A DNA stretch of 64,000 nucleotides from assembly GCA_945902115.1 (NCBI GenBank), contig CAMDLY010000003.1:14029-78028 (forward strand). The letters run 5' to 3'. The notes beneath the pieces were generated by a model. The model did not search any database. It saw only the letters and a list, made by a program, of their open reading frames with translations, and was not told the origin of the DNA. Shown in pieces: positions 51,366-59,872 of this stretch (position 1 is the stretch's first letter; each line of letters opens with the position of its first letter). This stretch comes from Lishizhenia tianjinensis (GTDB lineage Bacteria; Bacteroidota; Bacteroidia; Flavobacteriales_D; Crocinitomicaceae). Both the position numbers and the translations under genes were made by a program.

Positions 51366-52712
51366 TTACATTCCGGGCATACCACCCATACCTTTTAACC
51401 TGCTCATCATACCAGTCATGTTTCTGGGATTACTCATCATTTTCATCATTTTTCTCATATCGTCAAATTGCTTTAACAATTTATTGATTTCTTGGATATT
51501 AGTCCCACTTCCATTCGCTATTCTATTTTTTCGTGCAGTATTCAGAATGCCTGGATTTGATCTCTCTTTTGGTGTCATCGACAATATTATCGCTTCAACA
51601 CCCTTAAATGCATCCTCGGGAACATCAACACCTTTCATGGCTTTCCCCATGCCTGGAATCATACCCATCAGGTCTTTTACATTCCCCATTTTCTTTATTT
51701 GTTGCAACTGAGCAAGAAAGTCATTGAGATCAAATTGATCTTTCATGATTTTCTTCTGAAGACGTTTTGCATCCTCCTCATCAAATTGCTCTTGAGCCTT
51801 TTCAACAAGTGAAACCACATCCCCCATGCCTAATATCCTATCTGCCATTCGCTTCGGATAGAAAATGTCTAGTGCATCCATTTTTTCACCCGTACCTACG
51901 AATTTTATAGGTTTGTTTACCACAGCTTTCACGGATAGTGCCGCTCCACCTCTGGTGTCACCATCTAATTTTGTGAGGACAACACCATCAAAATTTATTT
52001 TTTCATTGAATGCTTTTGCTGTGTTTACAGCGTCCTGACCTGTCATCGAATCGACAACAAAAAGTGTTTCGCTGGGTTGGATAGCTGACTTAACACGTGC
52101 AATTTCATCCATCATTTGCTCATCCACAGCAAGTCTACCAGCTGTATCGACAATCACCACGTTGAATCCTTTACTTCGGGCATGAATAACAGCATCTTGA
52201 GCTATACGGACAGGATTTTTCTCTTCGCGATTAGAATACACCTCGATGCCCAATTGTTCTCCAAGCACATGTAGTTGGTCAATGGCAGCAGGGCGATATA
52301 CATCACAAGCCACCAACAATACGTTTTTTCCCTTTTTGTTTTTAAGGTAATTTGCGAGTTTTCCCGAAAAAGTTGTTTTACCTGACCCCTGCAAACCAGA
52401 CATCAACACGATAGAGGGACTGCCCTTCAGATTGATTTCTGATTCATTACCCCCCATAAGCTCAACTAATTCCTCATGGCAAATTTTAACCATCAATTGG
52501 CCTGGAGATACTGCCGTTAAGACATCTCTACCTAAGGCCTTTTCTTTTACAATATTGGTGAATTGTTTCGCAGTATTGAAGTTGACATCAGCGTCCAGAA
52601 GTGCTCTTCGAACTTCTTTTAACGATTCTGCAACATTAATTTCGGTAATTTGACCTTGACCTTTTAATACTTTAAAGGCTCTCTCAAATTTATCGGTAAG
52701 ATTTTCAAACAT
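51366..52712 (-). CDS. ffh: signal recognition particle protein Ffh
   Basis: 448 aa with the NG domain (GLQGSGKTT, DTAGR) and a Met-rich M domain. Confidence 0.97.
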   Translation of the reverse strand: MFENLTDKFERAFKVLKGQGQITEINVAESLKEVRRALLDADVNFNTAKQFTNIVKEKALGRDVLTAVSPGQLMVKICHEELVELMGGNESEINLKGSPSIVLMSGLQGSGKTTFSGKLANYLKNKKGKNVLLVACDVYRPAAIDQLHVLGEQLGIEVYSNREEKNPVRIAQDAVIHARSKGFNVVIVDTAGRLAVDEQMMDEIARVKSAIQPSETLFVVDSMTGQDAVNTAKAFNEKINFDGVVLTKLDGDTRGGAALSVKAVVNKPIKFVGTGEKMDALDIFYPKRMADRILGMGDVVSLVEKAQEQFDEEDAKRLQKKIMKDQFDLNDFLAQLQQIKKMGNVKDLMGMIPGMGKAMKGVDVPEDAFKGVEAIILSMTPKERSNPGILNTARKNRIANGSGTNIQEINKLLKQFDDMRKMMKMMSNPRNMTGMMSRLKGMGGMPGM

Positions 52713-52730
52713 ATTCTTAAGCTTATACTA

Positions 52731-52738
52731 CAAAGATA
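52731..52738 (-). promoter_or_regulatory. -7 promoter box TATCTTTG upstream of ffh
   Basis: Exact TAnnTTTG match on the minus strand, 18 nt upstream of the ffh ATG. Confidence 0.45.
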
Positions 52739-52786
52739 TACAATGCCGTGCTTTCAAAAACAGATTTTAGCAGAAATGGTAACGAA

Positions 52787-53386
52787 TTAAGCTATATCGG
52801 TTACCAATTGATTTTTTTCGATCATTTTCCTTATATTTATAAGAGCATACCTCATTCTTCCTAATGCCGTATTGATTGAAATATTCTCACTATCGGAAAT
52901 TTCTTTAAACGACATATCCTGAAAAATACGCATTTGTATTATTTCTTTCTGAGCTTTTGGCAAATGATCAATAAGCTGACACATCTGAGACTCTAATTCT
53001 TCATGTGATTTTTGTTGAAGGTAGTTTTTATCCTCCGATGCGATTCGATTAAATACGGAATACTCCTCGTCAAAGGAAGATGACTCTGATACCATACGGA
53101 CCTTACTCAACCTTCTATAATGATCAATCACTAAGTTTGAGGCTATTCTCATTACCCAAGATAAGAATTTACCTTCATCCTTGTAATTGCCACTTTTTAG
53201 TGTATTTATGACTTTGATGAGAGTATCTTGGAATATATCATTGGCTAATGCACTGTCGCGGACTTTTATCATAATGAATTTGAAAATTTTGTCCTTGTGT
53301 CGGATGAGAAGTGTCTCGAACGCTTTTTCGTTGCCGTGAATATAATCTTGGATTAAATCACTGTCGGAGAAATTTGATAAAATCAT
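52787..53386 (-). CDS. ECF-type sigma-70 family RNA polymerase sigma factor
   Basis: 199 aa with region 2 (FLSWVMRIASNLVIDHYRR) and a region 4 helix-turn-helix (MSFKEISDSENISINTALGRMRYAL). Confidence 0.8.
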   Translation of the reverse strand: MILSNFSDSDLIQDYIHGNEKAFETLLIRHKDKIFKFIMIKVRDSALANDIFQDTLIKVINTLKSGNYKDEGKFLSWVMRIASNLVIDHYRRLSKVRMVSESSSFDEEYSVFNRIASEDKNYLQQKSHEELESQMCQLIDHLPKAQKEIIQMRIFQDMSFKEISDSENISINTALGRMRYALINIRKMIEKNQLVTDIA

Positions 53387-53525
53387 TTTTACTATTATTT
53401 AGTCTAAAAAAAACTGTTAAAAGTAAAATTGATCTATAGGCTCGAATTCTTTATTTCTACTAAATTAGCATATTCGTTTCAAACGGCCAAAATAAATATT
53501 CATTTTCGATCAATAAATACTCACT

Positions 53526-54086
53526 ATGCGCAAGAGAATGCTCATTTTAGGCTTGGTCACCTTACTAGTATTTCCAATACCTGCATTTCTTTTATTGAAT
53601 TACTTCGAGTCGATTACTTTGGTAGAGTTTTTATCACTCAACGATATAAAAGTTATTCCCATTGGTTTAGGTTTAGAATTTGGATTCGTATATGCTCTTC
53701 TGGCGTATCTCATCATGAATGCTCCTTTTTTCGATAAAGTCCCGGTAAGGATAGATAAACTTGTGCAGCAGATGAATTTAAGGTGGTACGACGGTATTTT
53801 TTTATCCTTATGCGCAGGACTTGGAGAGGAGTTGCTATTTAGGGTTGGGGTTCAACATTACCTCGGCTGGCTATTAACTTCCATCGTTTTTATCGCTATT
53901 CACGGTTATTTGAATCCTTGGAATTGGAGATTTTCCATGTACGGAGTGATTTTACTGCCCTTTATTTTTTTATTATCTATCGGAATGTACACCTTTGGGA
54001 TTTGGTTTTCAATTGCTGCGCACTTCATGTATGACGCTGTACTCTTTTCCATAATTATCTCAAAAACGAAAATGCATGAAGGTTAA
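53526..54086 (+). CDS. CPBP-family intramembrane glutamic endopeptidase (CAAX/Abi-like)
   Basis: 186 aa polytopic protein with the motifs GLGEELLFRVG, AIHG and HFMYDA. Confidence 0.75.
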   Translation: MRKRMLILGLVTLLVFPIPAFLLLNYFESITLVEFLSLNDIKVIPIGLGLEFGFVYALLAYLIMNAPFFDKVPVRIDKLVQQMNLRWYDGIFLSLCAGLGEELLFRVGVQHYLGWLLTSIVFIAIHGYLNPWNWRFSMYGVILLPFIFLLSIGMYTFGIWFSIAAHFMYDAVLFSIIISKTKMHEG

Positions 54087-54741
54087 AGATTCGATGAGCT
54101 CGCCTGCTTTGTGGTTTCAACAAGGTATTCGAATTTTCTGGTTAATAGGTATTGCATTAATACTTTTCACCGATAAATTTGACTTTCACAAAAAAATCAA
54201 TTCATTTCACTCACTTTTGCTTGACTTTTTCTTTCGCTACCTTACACATTTAGGCGATGGGCTTTTTGCAGTAGTATTGGGGCTGATTATAGTCATTAAA
54301 AATGTTCGTTTAGGAATATTAATATGTGTATCCTACATTGGTTCAGCACTGTTTACACAGCTTCTCAAACAAGTGATTTTTCCTCATAACAATAGACCAT
54401 ACTTTTTTTTCAAGAACGACAGTACTTTTCACTTTATAGAAAACTTTCATTATCATTCGCACCACTCTTTTCCGTCTGGTCATGCCACGTCATGTTTCGC
54501 CATTTTCACGATTCTTGCCTATCATTTCAGTTCAAAAATTACTAGTCAAATCCTGTTTATCATTCTTGCAATTATCGTGGGGCTGTCAAGAGTATACCTG
54601 TCACAACATTTCTTTCAAGACGTTATCGCGGGTTCAATGATTGGTTATTTTTTCGCTCATTTCTCTTGGGTATTTTTACACTCAAATTTAGAAAAATTCA
54701 ATGCGCCGATTGGCTCTGTTTGGGGTAGTTTCAAAAAATGA
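54076..54741 (+). CDS. PAP2-family phosphatase
   Basis: 221 aa with the motifs SFPSGHATS and SRVYLSQHFFQDV. Confidence 0.85.
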   Translation: MKVKDSMSSPALWFQQGIRIFWLIGIALILFTDKFDFHKKINSFHSLLLDFFFRYLTHLGDGLFAVVLGLIIVIKNVRLGILICVSYIGSALFTQLLKQVIFPHNNRPYFFFKNDSTFHFIENFHYHSHHSFPSGHATSCFAIFTILAYHFSSKITSQILFIILAIIVGLSRVYLSQHFFQDVIAGSMIGYFFAHFSWVFLHSNLEKFNAPIGSVWGSFKK

Positions 54742-54818
54742 TTCAATGACCATAAAAAAACTCATACAAGAAACGTTAAAAGCTATATTTTTTCGTCAAC
54801 GGAATTAAGGAGAAGTGC

Positions 54819-54826
54819 TACATTTG
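54819..54826 (+). promoter_or_regulatory. -7 promoter box TACATTTG
   Basis: Exact TAnnTTTG match, 18 nt upstream of the ATG at 54845. Confidence 0.45.
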
Positions 54827-54844
54827 TCAAAAAAATAATTTCTA

Positions 54845-56044
54845 ATGCCAAAAATCTCAGTAAAAGCTGAAGCCATGCCGGCATCTCCAATAAGGAAACT
54901 TGTTCCGTTTGCAGAGGCAGCAAAAAAACGTGGTACAACCGTTTATTATTTAAATATCGGACAACCTGACATTGAGACTCCCGAAATCGCGCTTAATGCC
55001 ATTAAAAATTTAGACAGAAAAGTTATTGAATATTCTCATTCTGCGGGCTTCGAAAGTTATAGAATGAAATTGTCAGCCTCTTATATTAAACAGGGATTAC
55101 CGGTAAATACAGAAGATATTTTAGTCACGACGGGAGGTTCTGAAGCTCTTATTTTTGGTTTTATGACTACCTGTAATCCAGGTGACGAAGTGATTATCCC
55201 AGAACCATTTTATGCCAACTACAATGGCTTTGCCGTAACCGCTGGACTGAACGTTGTTCCAGTAACTTCGAGCATAGAAAGTGGCTTTGCTTTACCACCA
55301 GTCGAAGAAATAGAGAAAAAAATTACACCAAAGACTAAAGCTATTGTCATATGTAATCCTGGTAACCCAACAGGCTATTTATACTCTCAAAGTGAATTAG
55401 AGCAACTGCGAGATATCGTCAAAAAATATGATTTATTTCTTTTCGCAGACGAGGTCTACAGAGAATTTTGTTACGATGGAGCACAACCATTTTCTGTAAT
55501 GAATCTCGCCGGTATTGAAAATAATGTCGTGATGATTGACTCTGTTTCAAAACGCTATTCGATGTGTGGAGCAAGGATTGGTGCTATGGTCACGAAGAAT
55601 AAAGATGTCATGGCTGCAGCACTCAAATTTGGACAAGCAAGACTCTCACCTCCAACAATAGATCAGATAGCTGCTGAGGCCGCATTGGATACGCCGCAGA
55701 GCTACTTTGACAATGTTGTAGAAGAGTATGTTGAAAGACGAAATATAATGGTTGACGGATTAAATGAAATCCCCGGTGTGTTTTGTCCAAAGCCGTCTGG
55801 AGCGTTTTATTGTGTAGCAAGCTTTCCTGTTGACGATGCTGAAAAATTTTGTCAATGGTTGTTGCAAGATTTTAGTTACAATGGCCAAACGGTTATGATG
55901 GCTCCTGCTAATGGATTCTACTCAACAAAAGGCGCGGGAAAAAAGGAAGCACGAATAGCTTATGTTCTCAATAAAGAATCACTGAGAAATGCTGTTCAGT
56001 GTTTAAAAAAAGCACTTGAAGAATACCCCGGTAAAACAGTCTGA
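54845..56044 (+). CDS. PLP-dependent class I aminotransferase (aspartate aminotransferase-like)
   Basis: 399 aa with the PLP-lysine motif DSVSKRYSMCGARIG and NPGNPTG. Confidence 0.88.
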   Translation: MPKISVKAEAMPASPIRKLVPFAEAAKKRGTTVYYLNIGQPDIETPEIALNAIKNLDRKVIEYSHSAGFESYRMKLSASYIKQGLPVNTEDILVTTGGSEALIFGFMTTCNPGDEVIIPEPFYANYNGFAVTAGLNVVPVTSSIESGFALPPVEEIEKKITPKTKAIVICNPGNPTGYLYSQSELEQLRDIVKKYDLFLFADEVYREFCYDGAQPFSVMNLAGIENNVVMIDSVSKRYSMCGARIGAMVTKNKDVMAAALKFGQARLSPPTIDQIAAEAALDTPQSYFDNVVEEYVERRNIMVDGLNEIPGVFCPKPSGAFYCVASFPVDDAEKFCQWLLQDFSYNGQTVMMAPANGFYSTKGAGKKEARIAYVLNKESLRNAVQCLKKALEEYPGKTV

Positions 56045-56048
56045 AACA

Positions 56049-56519
56049 ATGACTGTTGAGGATATATTGGCAGCTGTTTCTGAAGAAAGGAAGGACAGCT
56101 TTAATTTGCTCCGAAAAACGATTATAGACAACCTTCCACAAGGATTCGAGGAAACTGTGAGTTACGGAATGATCAGTTATGTAGTCCCTCACAAAATATA
56201 CCCGCAGGGATACCATTGCAATCCTAACATTGCGTTACCCTTTCTAAGTATTGCCTCTCAAAAGAATACCATAAATTTATATCATATGGGTATTTATGCT
56301 GACAGCAACTTATATGACTGGTTCGTATCGGAATTTCCGAAACATACTACTCAAAAATTAGCTATAGGGAAATCCTGTATTCGGTTTAAGAAAATGAACG
56401 AAATTCCTTTTAATCTATTAGGTTCACTTGTTGGTAAAATGACAACCAATGAATGGATCAACCTCTATGAGCGTACATTCAAAAAACAACTTAGCACACA
56501 ACTTTTTGCGACAATATAG
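56049..56519 (+). CDS. DUF1801-like protein (chromosomal paralog of the 63435-63890 gene)
   Basis: About 156 aa, counted from the internal ATG (MTVEDIL). By hand alignment over ~145 aa it is identical to the 63435-63890 product at somewhat more than half of positions. Shared blocks include YVVPH.IYP.GYHC, ASQKN.IN.YHMGIYAD and GKSCIRFKK. Confidence 0.6.
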   Translation: MTVEDILAAVSEERKDSFNLLRKTIIDNLPQGFEETVSYGMISYVVPHKIYPQGYHCNPNIALPFLSIASQKNTINLYHMGIYADSNLYDWFVSEFPKHTTQKLAIGKSCIRFKKMNEIPFNLLGSLVGKMTTNEWINLYERTFKKQLSTQLFATI

Positions 56520-56561
56520 AAAGCATGCTCATGCTAAGCTGCTTTTTTCTATTTTCGTAAA

Positions 56562-57932
56562 ATGAATTATGTTATTGTCGATGTTGAGACTACTGGAGGG
56601 AGTCCAAAAGCTTCTAAAATTACAGAGTTAGCGATATACAAATTCGATGGTGAAAAAATTATTGACGAATTTATCACCTTGTTAAATCCAGAGCAAAGAA
56701 TTCCAGATTTTATAGTTCGCTTAACGGGTATCACTGATAAAATGGTTGAAGAAGCACCAAAATTCTTTGAAGTCGCCAAGCAGATTATTGAATTTACTGA
56801 AGGGTGTATTTTTGTAGCACATAATGTTTCATTCGACTACAATATGATCAGGGCTGAATTTAAAACCTTAGGTTATGACTTTCGGATGCCTCATTTATGC
56901 ACTGTTAGATCTTCACGATATGTAATTCCCGGATATCCTTCATATAGTTTGGGTAAAATAACAAGCTCATTAGGTATCAAAATAGATGGGAGACATCGAG
57001 CCGGTGGAGATGCCTTTGCAACCACTAAATTATTTGAATTACTCTATAATAAAGACCCGTTTAAACTCGAAAAATTCATACAATACGAAGTGAATCCCCG
57101 AAACGTTCATCCTAACTTGGATTTAGACATACTAGAAGACATTCCCAATAAGGCCGGTATTTATAAATTCTTTAACGAATTCAATCAGATTATTTATATT
57201 GGTAAAAGTATTCATATTAAAAAACGGGTTGAACAGCACTTGAGGAATACAAAAAGTGCTAAGGGCGTAAGATTGATACAAGACATAGCAAGAATTGAGT
57301 ATGAATTGACTGGTTCAGAGCTAATCGCCATGTTGAGGGAATCTAACCTGATCAAACAACATAAACCTATATACAATAGGCAATTACGTAAAAGTTTATT
57401 TCCCTACGGCTTATATGACGACTTGAACCCACAAGGGTACATTGAACTGAGCTTGAAATCAACCACGAAAAATCCTATTCAACCCATTCAATATTTTAAT
57501 TCCAAAAAAGAAGGGGGTGACTACCTTAGGTATTTTTGCGAAAAATATGAATTGTGCCAAAAATTATGCTCATTATACAAGACCCAAGGCGCATGTTTTC
57601 AGTACTCGATAAAGTCATGCCACGGCGCTTGTCTAGGAGAGGAAATTGCATCCTTATATAACGAGCGTGTAAACAAATTTATAGAAGATATTAGTTTCGA
57701 AAAAGAAAGTTTTTTTCTCATCGATAAAGGTCGTGATAAAACTGAAAAAAGTCTCGTTTGGGTTGACAATGGTCACTTTAGGGGTTATGGCTACGCGCCT
57801 TTCCATTTTCATGGTAAAGAAGCCATGCATTGGGCGAGATATATAGACGAAATTCCAGAGGACAAAGACATAAAAATGATCATCAAATCATTTATGAAGC
57901 GAGACGCTACTCACAAACTAGTTTCCCTATAA
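56562..57932 (+). CDS. DnaQ-like 3'-5' exonuclease fused to a GIY-YIG (UvrC/Cho-like) nuclease domain
   Basis: 456 aa with Exo motifs VIVDVETTGG and FVAHNVSFDYNM. The GIY-YIG motif is GIYKFFNEFNQIIYIGKS...R..QH. Confidence 0.85.
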   Translation: MNYVIVDVETTGGSPKASKITELAIYKFDGEKIIDEFITLLNPEQRIPDFIVRLTGITDKMVEEAPKFFEVAKQIIEFTEGCIFVAHNVSFDYNMIRAEFKTLGYDFRMPHLCTVRSSRYVIPGYPSYSLGKITSSLGIKIDGRHRAGGDAFATTKLFELLYNKDPFKLEKFIQYEVNPRNVHPNLDLDILEDIPNKAGIYKFFNEFNQIIYIGKSIHIKKRVEQHLRNTKSAKGVRLIQDIARIEYELTGSELIAMLRESNLIKQHKPIYNRQLRKSLFPYGLYDDLNPQGYIELSLKSTTKNPIQPIQYFNSKKEGGDYLRYFCEKYELCQKLCSLYKTQGACFQYSIKSCHGACLGEEIASLYNERVNKFIEDISFEKESFFLIDKGRDKTEKSLVWVDNGHFRGYGYAPFHFHGKEAMHWARYIDEIPEDKDIKMIIKSFMKRDATHKLVSL

Positions 57933-57936
57933 AACC

Positions 57937-58716
57937 ATGGCTGAAGGTGTTTTGACAATATTAGGTTCAGGAACTTCTCAAGGCGTTCCGGTAATCGCTT
58001 GCAATTGTGCTACATGCAAATCTGAGGACCCGAAAGATAATAGAACAAGAAGTAGTGTTTTGATACATGCTGACGGTAGACAATTTGTTATTGATACAGG
58101 ACCAGATTTTCGTCATCAAATGCTACGAGAGAATGTTCAGTTCTTAAATGGTGTTATTTTCACGCACCAGCACAAGGACCATATTGCCGGACTTGACGAT
58201 GTCAGAGCTTTTAATCACAAACAAAATGAAGCAATGCCCGTTTACGCAACTGCTGCAGTTAATGAGGCATTACACCGAGAATATCATTATATTTTTTCCG
58301 AAGAAAGTTACCCAGGTGTTCCTAAGCTAAGCGTCGAACTGATTGACCTTGCACCGTTCTCGATAACAAATTCTTTGCGTTTAACACCTATACTCGTAAA
58401 CCATTACAAGATGCCGGTACTGGGTTTCCGTATGGGTGATCTGACTTATATTACTGATGCTAAAACTATTGCAGAAAGTGAAAAAGAAAAAATTATAGGA
58501 TCTAAGACATTAATAATTAATGCTTTACATATTTATCCACACATATCACATTTTAATTTAGAGGAGGCTTTGGCATTTATCGATGTGGTTAAACCAGAAA
58601 AAGCTTTTCTCACTCATATTTCTCATTTATTTGGAAAACACGAAGACATTTTTCGCTTATTGCCCTCGCATGTAGAACCAGCCTTTGACGGCTTGAAAAT
58701 ACCTTTTTACTACTAA
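57937..58716 (+). CDS. MBL-fold metallo-hydrolase (PhnP-like)
   Basis: 259 aa with the motif FTHQHKDHIAGLDD and an N-terminal Cys cluster (CNCATC). Confidence 0.8.
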   Translation: MAEGVLTILGSGTSQGVPVIACNCATCKSEDPKDNRTRSSVLIHADGRQFVIDTGPDFRHQMLRENVQFLNGVIFTHQHKDHIAGLDDVRAFNHKQNEAMPVYATAAVNEALHREYHYIFSEESYPGVPKLSVELIDLAPFSITNSLRLTPILVNHYKMPVLGFRMGDLTYITDAKTIAESEKEKIIGSKTLIINALHIYPHISHFNLEEALAFIDVVKPEKAFLTHISHLFGKHEDIFRLLPSHVEPAFDGLKIPFYY

Positions 58717-58717
58717 A

Positions 58718-58848
58718 GCTTAACGTTTTGCGGCTACCCGAAGGGCGGGACTTTTACCACAAAACTTGATTTGAAAAACTAATGTTTGATTAACCACAAA
58801 ACTGTCTTTGGAACACGAACCCTCGCCTTTTGGGTAGGTGCTGTTAGC
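58718..58848 (-). repeat. attC-like structured repeat, copy 1 (131 nt), terminal site of the array
   Basis: On the + strand it reads GCTTAAC ... GTTAGCA. The terminal helix is GCT(T)AACG/TGTTAGC, followed by an 8x4 internal loop. A 16-bp stem pairs 58734-58749 (CTACCCGAAGGGCGGG) with 58822-58837 (CCTCGCCTTTTGGGTAG-type arm). Internal modules TTAACCAC and AAACTGTCT are shared with copies 2 and 3. It ends 7 nt before the phzF-family stop codon. Confidence 0.7.
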
Positions 58849-58855
58849 AGTAGTT

Positions 58856-59644
58856 TTATTCTGTCCAAAATTCTCCAATTGAATATGTTTTTGCTTGTCC
58901 ACTAATAATCACTCGGTCTCCTTTGTCTTCACAATACAACTTGCCCAATCGTTCAGAAACTTGTTGAGCATAAAGTTCTTTTTTATTTAGTCTTTTCGCC
59001 CAAAATGGAATTAAAGAACAATGTGCAGAACCTGTTACAGGGTCTTCTAAAATTGATGCTTGCGGTGTGAAAAATCTTGAAATGAAATCGCAATTGTCTC
59101 CAATTGCTGTTACAATTACACCTCCTGGGTCAAGATTTATTTGGTCGAATAATTGTCTGTCAATTTTTATGTTTCTAACTTCTGTTTCATTTTCATACAC
59201 CAAAACATAGTCTCTTGATTTCAAAATTTCTTTCGGTTGAATATTTAAGGATTTTGAAATTGTCGTTGGTAAGATGTCGACAATAGGCATTCTTGATGGG
59301 AAGTTCATTTTATATTTTCCATTTTCAATTTTGACAATTAAGTCGCCACTTAAAGTTTCAAACACAATTTTATCTTTCTTATAGTCAAGAATTGTCGCTA
59401 AACCATGAGCAGTTGCAAGTGTAGCGTGACCGCACAAATCCATTTCAATTTCAGGCGTAAACCATCGTAAATGGATTTTTTCTCCTTTGTCAACAAAAAA
59501 AGCAGTTTCAGCAACTGCGTTTTCTTTTGCTATTTTCAACAAGATTTCGTCTGACAACCAATTGTCAAGTGGCACAACACAAGCAGGATTTCCTCCAAAA
59601 ATTGTGTCCGTAAATGCGTCAATTTGATATATATTATGTTTCAC
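58856..59644 (-). CDS. PhzF-family isomerase
   Basis: 262 aa with N-terminal IYQIDAFT...FGGNPACVV and C-terminal TGSAHC. The start codon is GTG. Confidence 0.8.
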   Translation of the reverse strand: MKHNIYQIDAFTDTIFGGNPACVVPLDNWLSDEILLKIAKENAVAETAFFVDKGEKIHLRWFTPEIEMDLCGHATLATAHGLATILDYKKDKIVFETLSGDLIVKIENGKYKMNFPSRMPIVDILPTTISKSLNIQPKEILKSRDYVLVYENETEVRNIKIDRQLFDQINLDPGGVIVTAIGDNCDFISRFFTPQASILEDPVTGSAHCSLIPFWAKRLNKKELYAQQVSERLGKLYCEDKGDRVIISGQAKTYSIGEFWTE

Positions 59645-59661
59645 TATGTTCTGTTTAAAAT

Positions 59662-59718
59662 TACTGCTAACGAGTATATACTAACAATAAAACGATACTT
59701 ATCTAATCAATGTTGGGT
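59662..59718 (-). repeat. degenerate or truncated attC-like site (boundaries uncertain)
   Basis: TACTGCTAAC at 59662-59671 is the exact reverse complement of the distal box of copy 1 (GTTAGCAGTA, 58843-58852). A GTTGGGT box (GTTRRRY) lies at 59712-59718. The long stem of the full copies is missing, and further family-like fragments (TGAACCATTCTTTGT around 59787) follow. Confidence 0.35.
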
Positions 59719-59872
59719 GACTAAGGATGGTTTTAACATCCAATTTTGTATGACTAATTTAACTGCAATTTACAAATTATGAAAGGTGAACCATTCTTTG
59801 TTCTTCTTTTATTGCTAATTGAAGAACAAAATTATAGGTCGGACTTAAGCTTTCATAAATTGGTTTTATAAA

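Noticed and set aside
51280-51711. A 143-aa + strand ORF antisense to the ffh 3' end and the M50 start
   Set aside because: It mirrors the Met-rich ffh M-domain (ATG read as CAT) and has no independent support.
53429-53737. A 102-aa + strand ORF overlapping the CPBP protease start in another frame
   Set aside because: The overlapping 53526-54086 frame carries the CPBP motifs. This frame has none.
56520-56561. A possible terminator (AGCATG-CT-CATGCT palindrome, then GCTGCTTTTTT) after the chromosomal DUF1801 gene
   Set aside because: The loop is too short and the alternative stem is only 5 bp. The evidence is not strong enough to call it.
57937-58848. The opposite array polarity, with the + strand MBL gene as a cassette followed by copy 1
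   Set aside because: No repeat or box lies upstream of the MBL gene, which starts 4 nt after the exonuclease gene. All other array ORFs are on the minus strand with a repeat just past their stops. The G:T asymmetry also makes the + strand the folding (bottom) strand.
58720-58902. A 60-aa minus-strand ORF spanning attC-like copy 1
   Set aside because: It lies almost entirely within the structured repeat and overlaps the phzF-family 3' end. The ORF is not maintained in copies 2 and 3.
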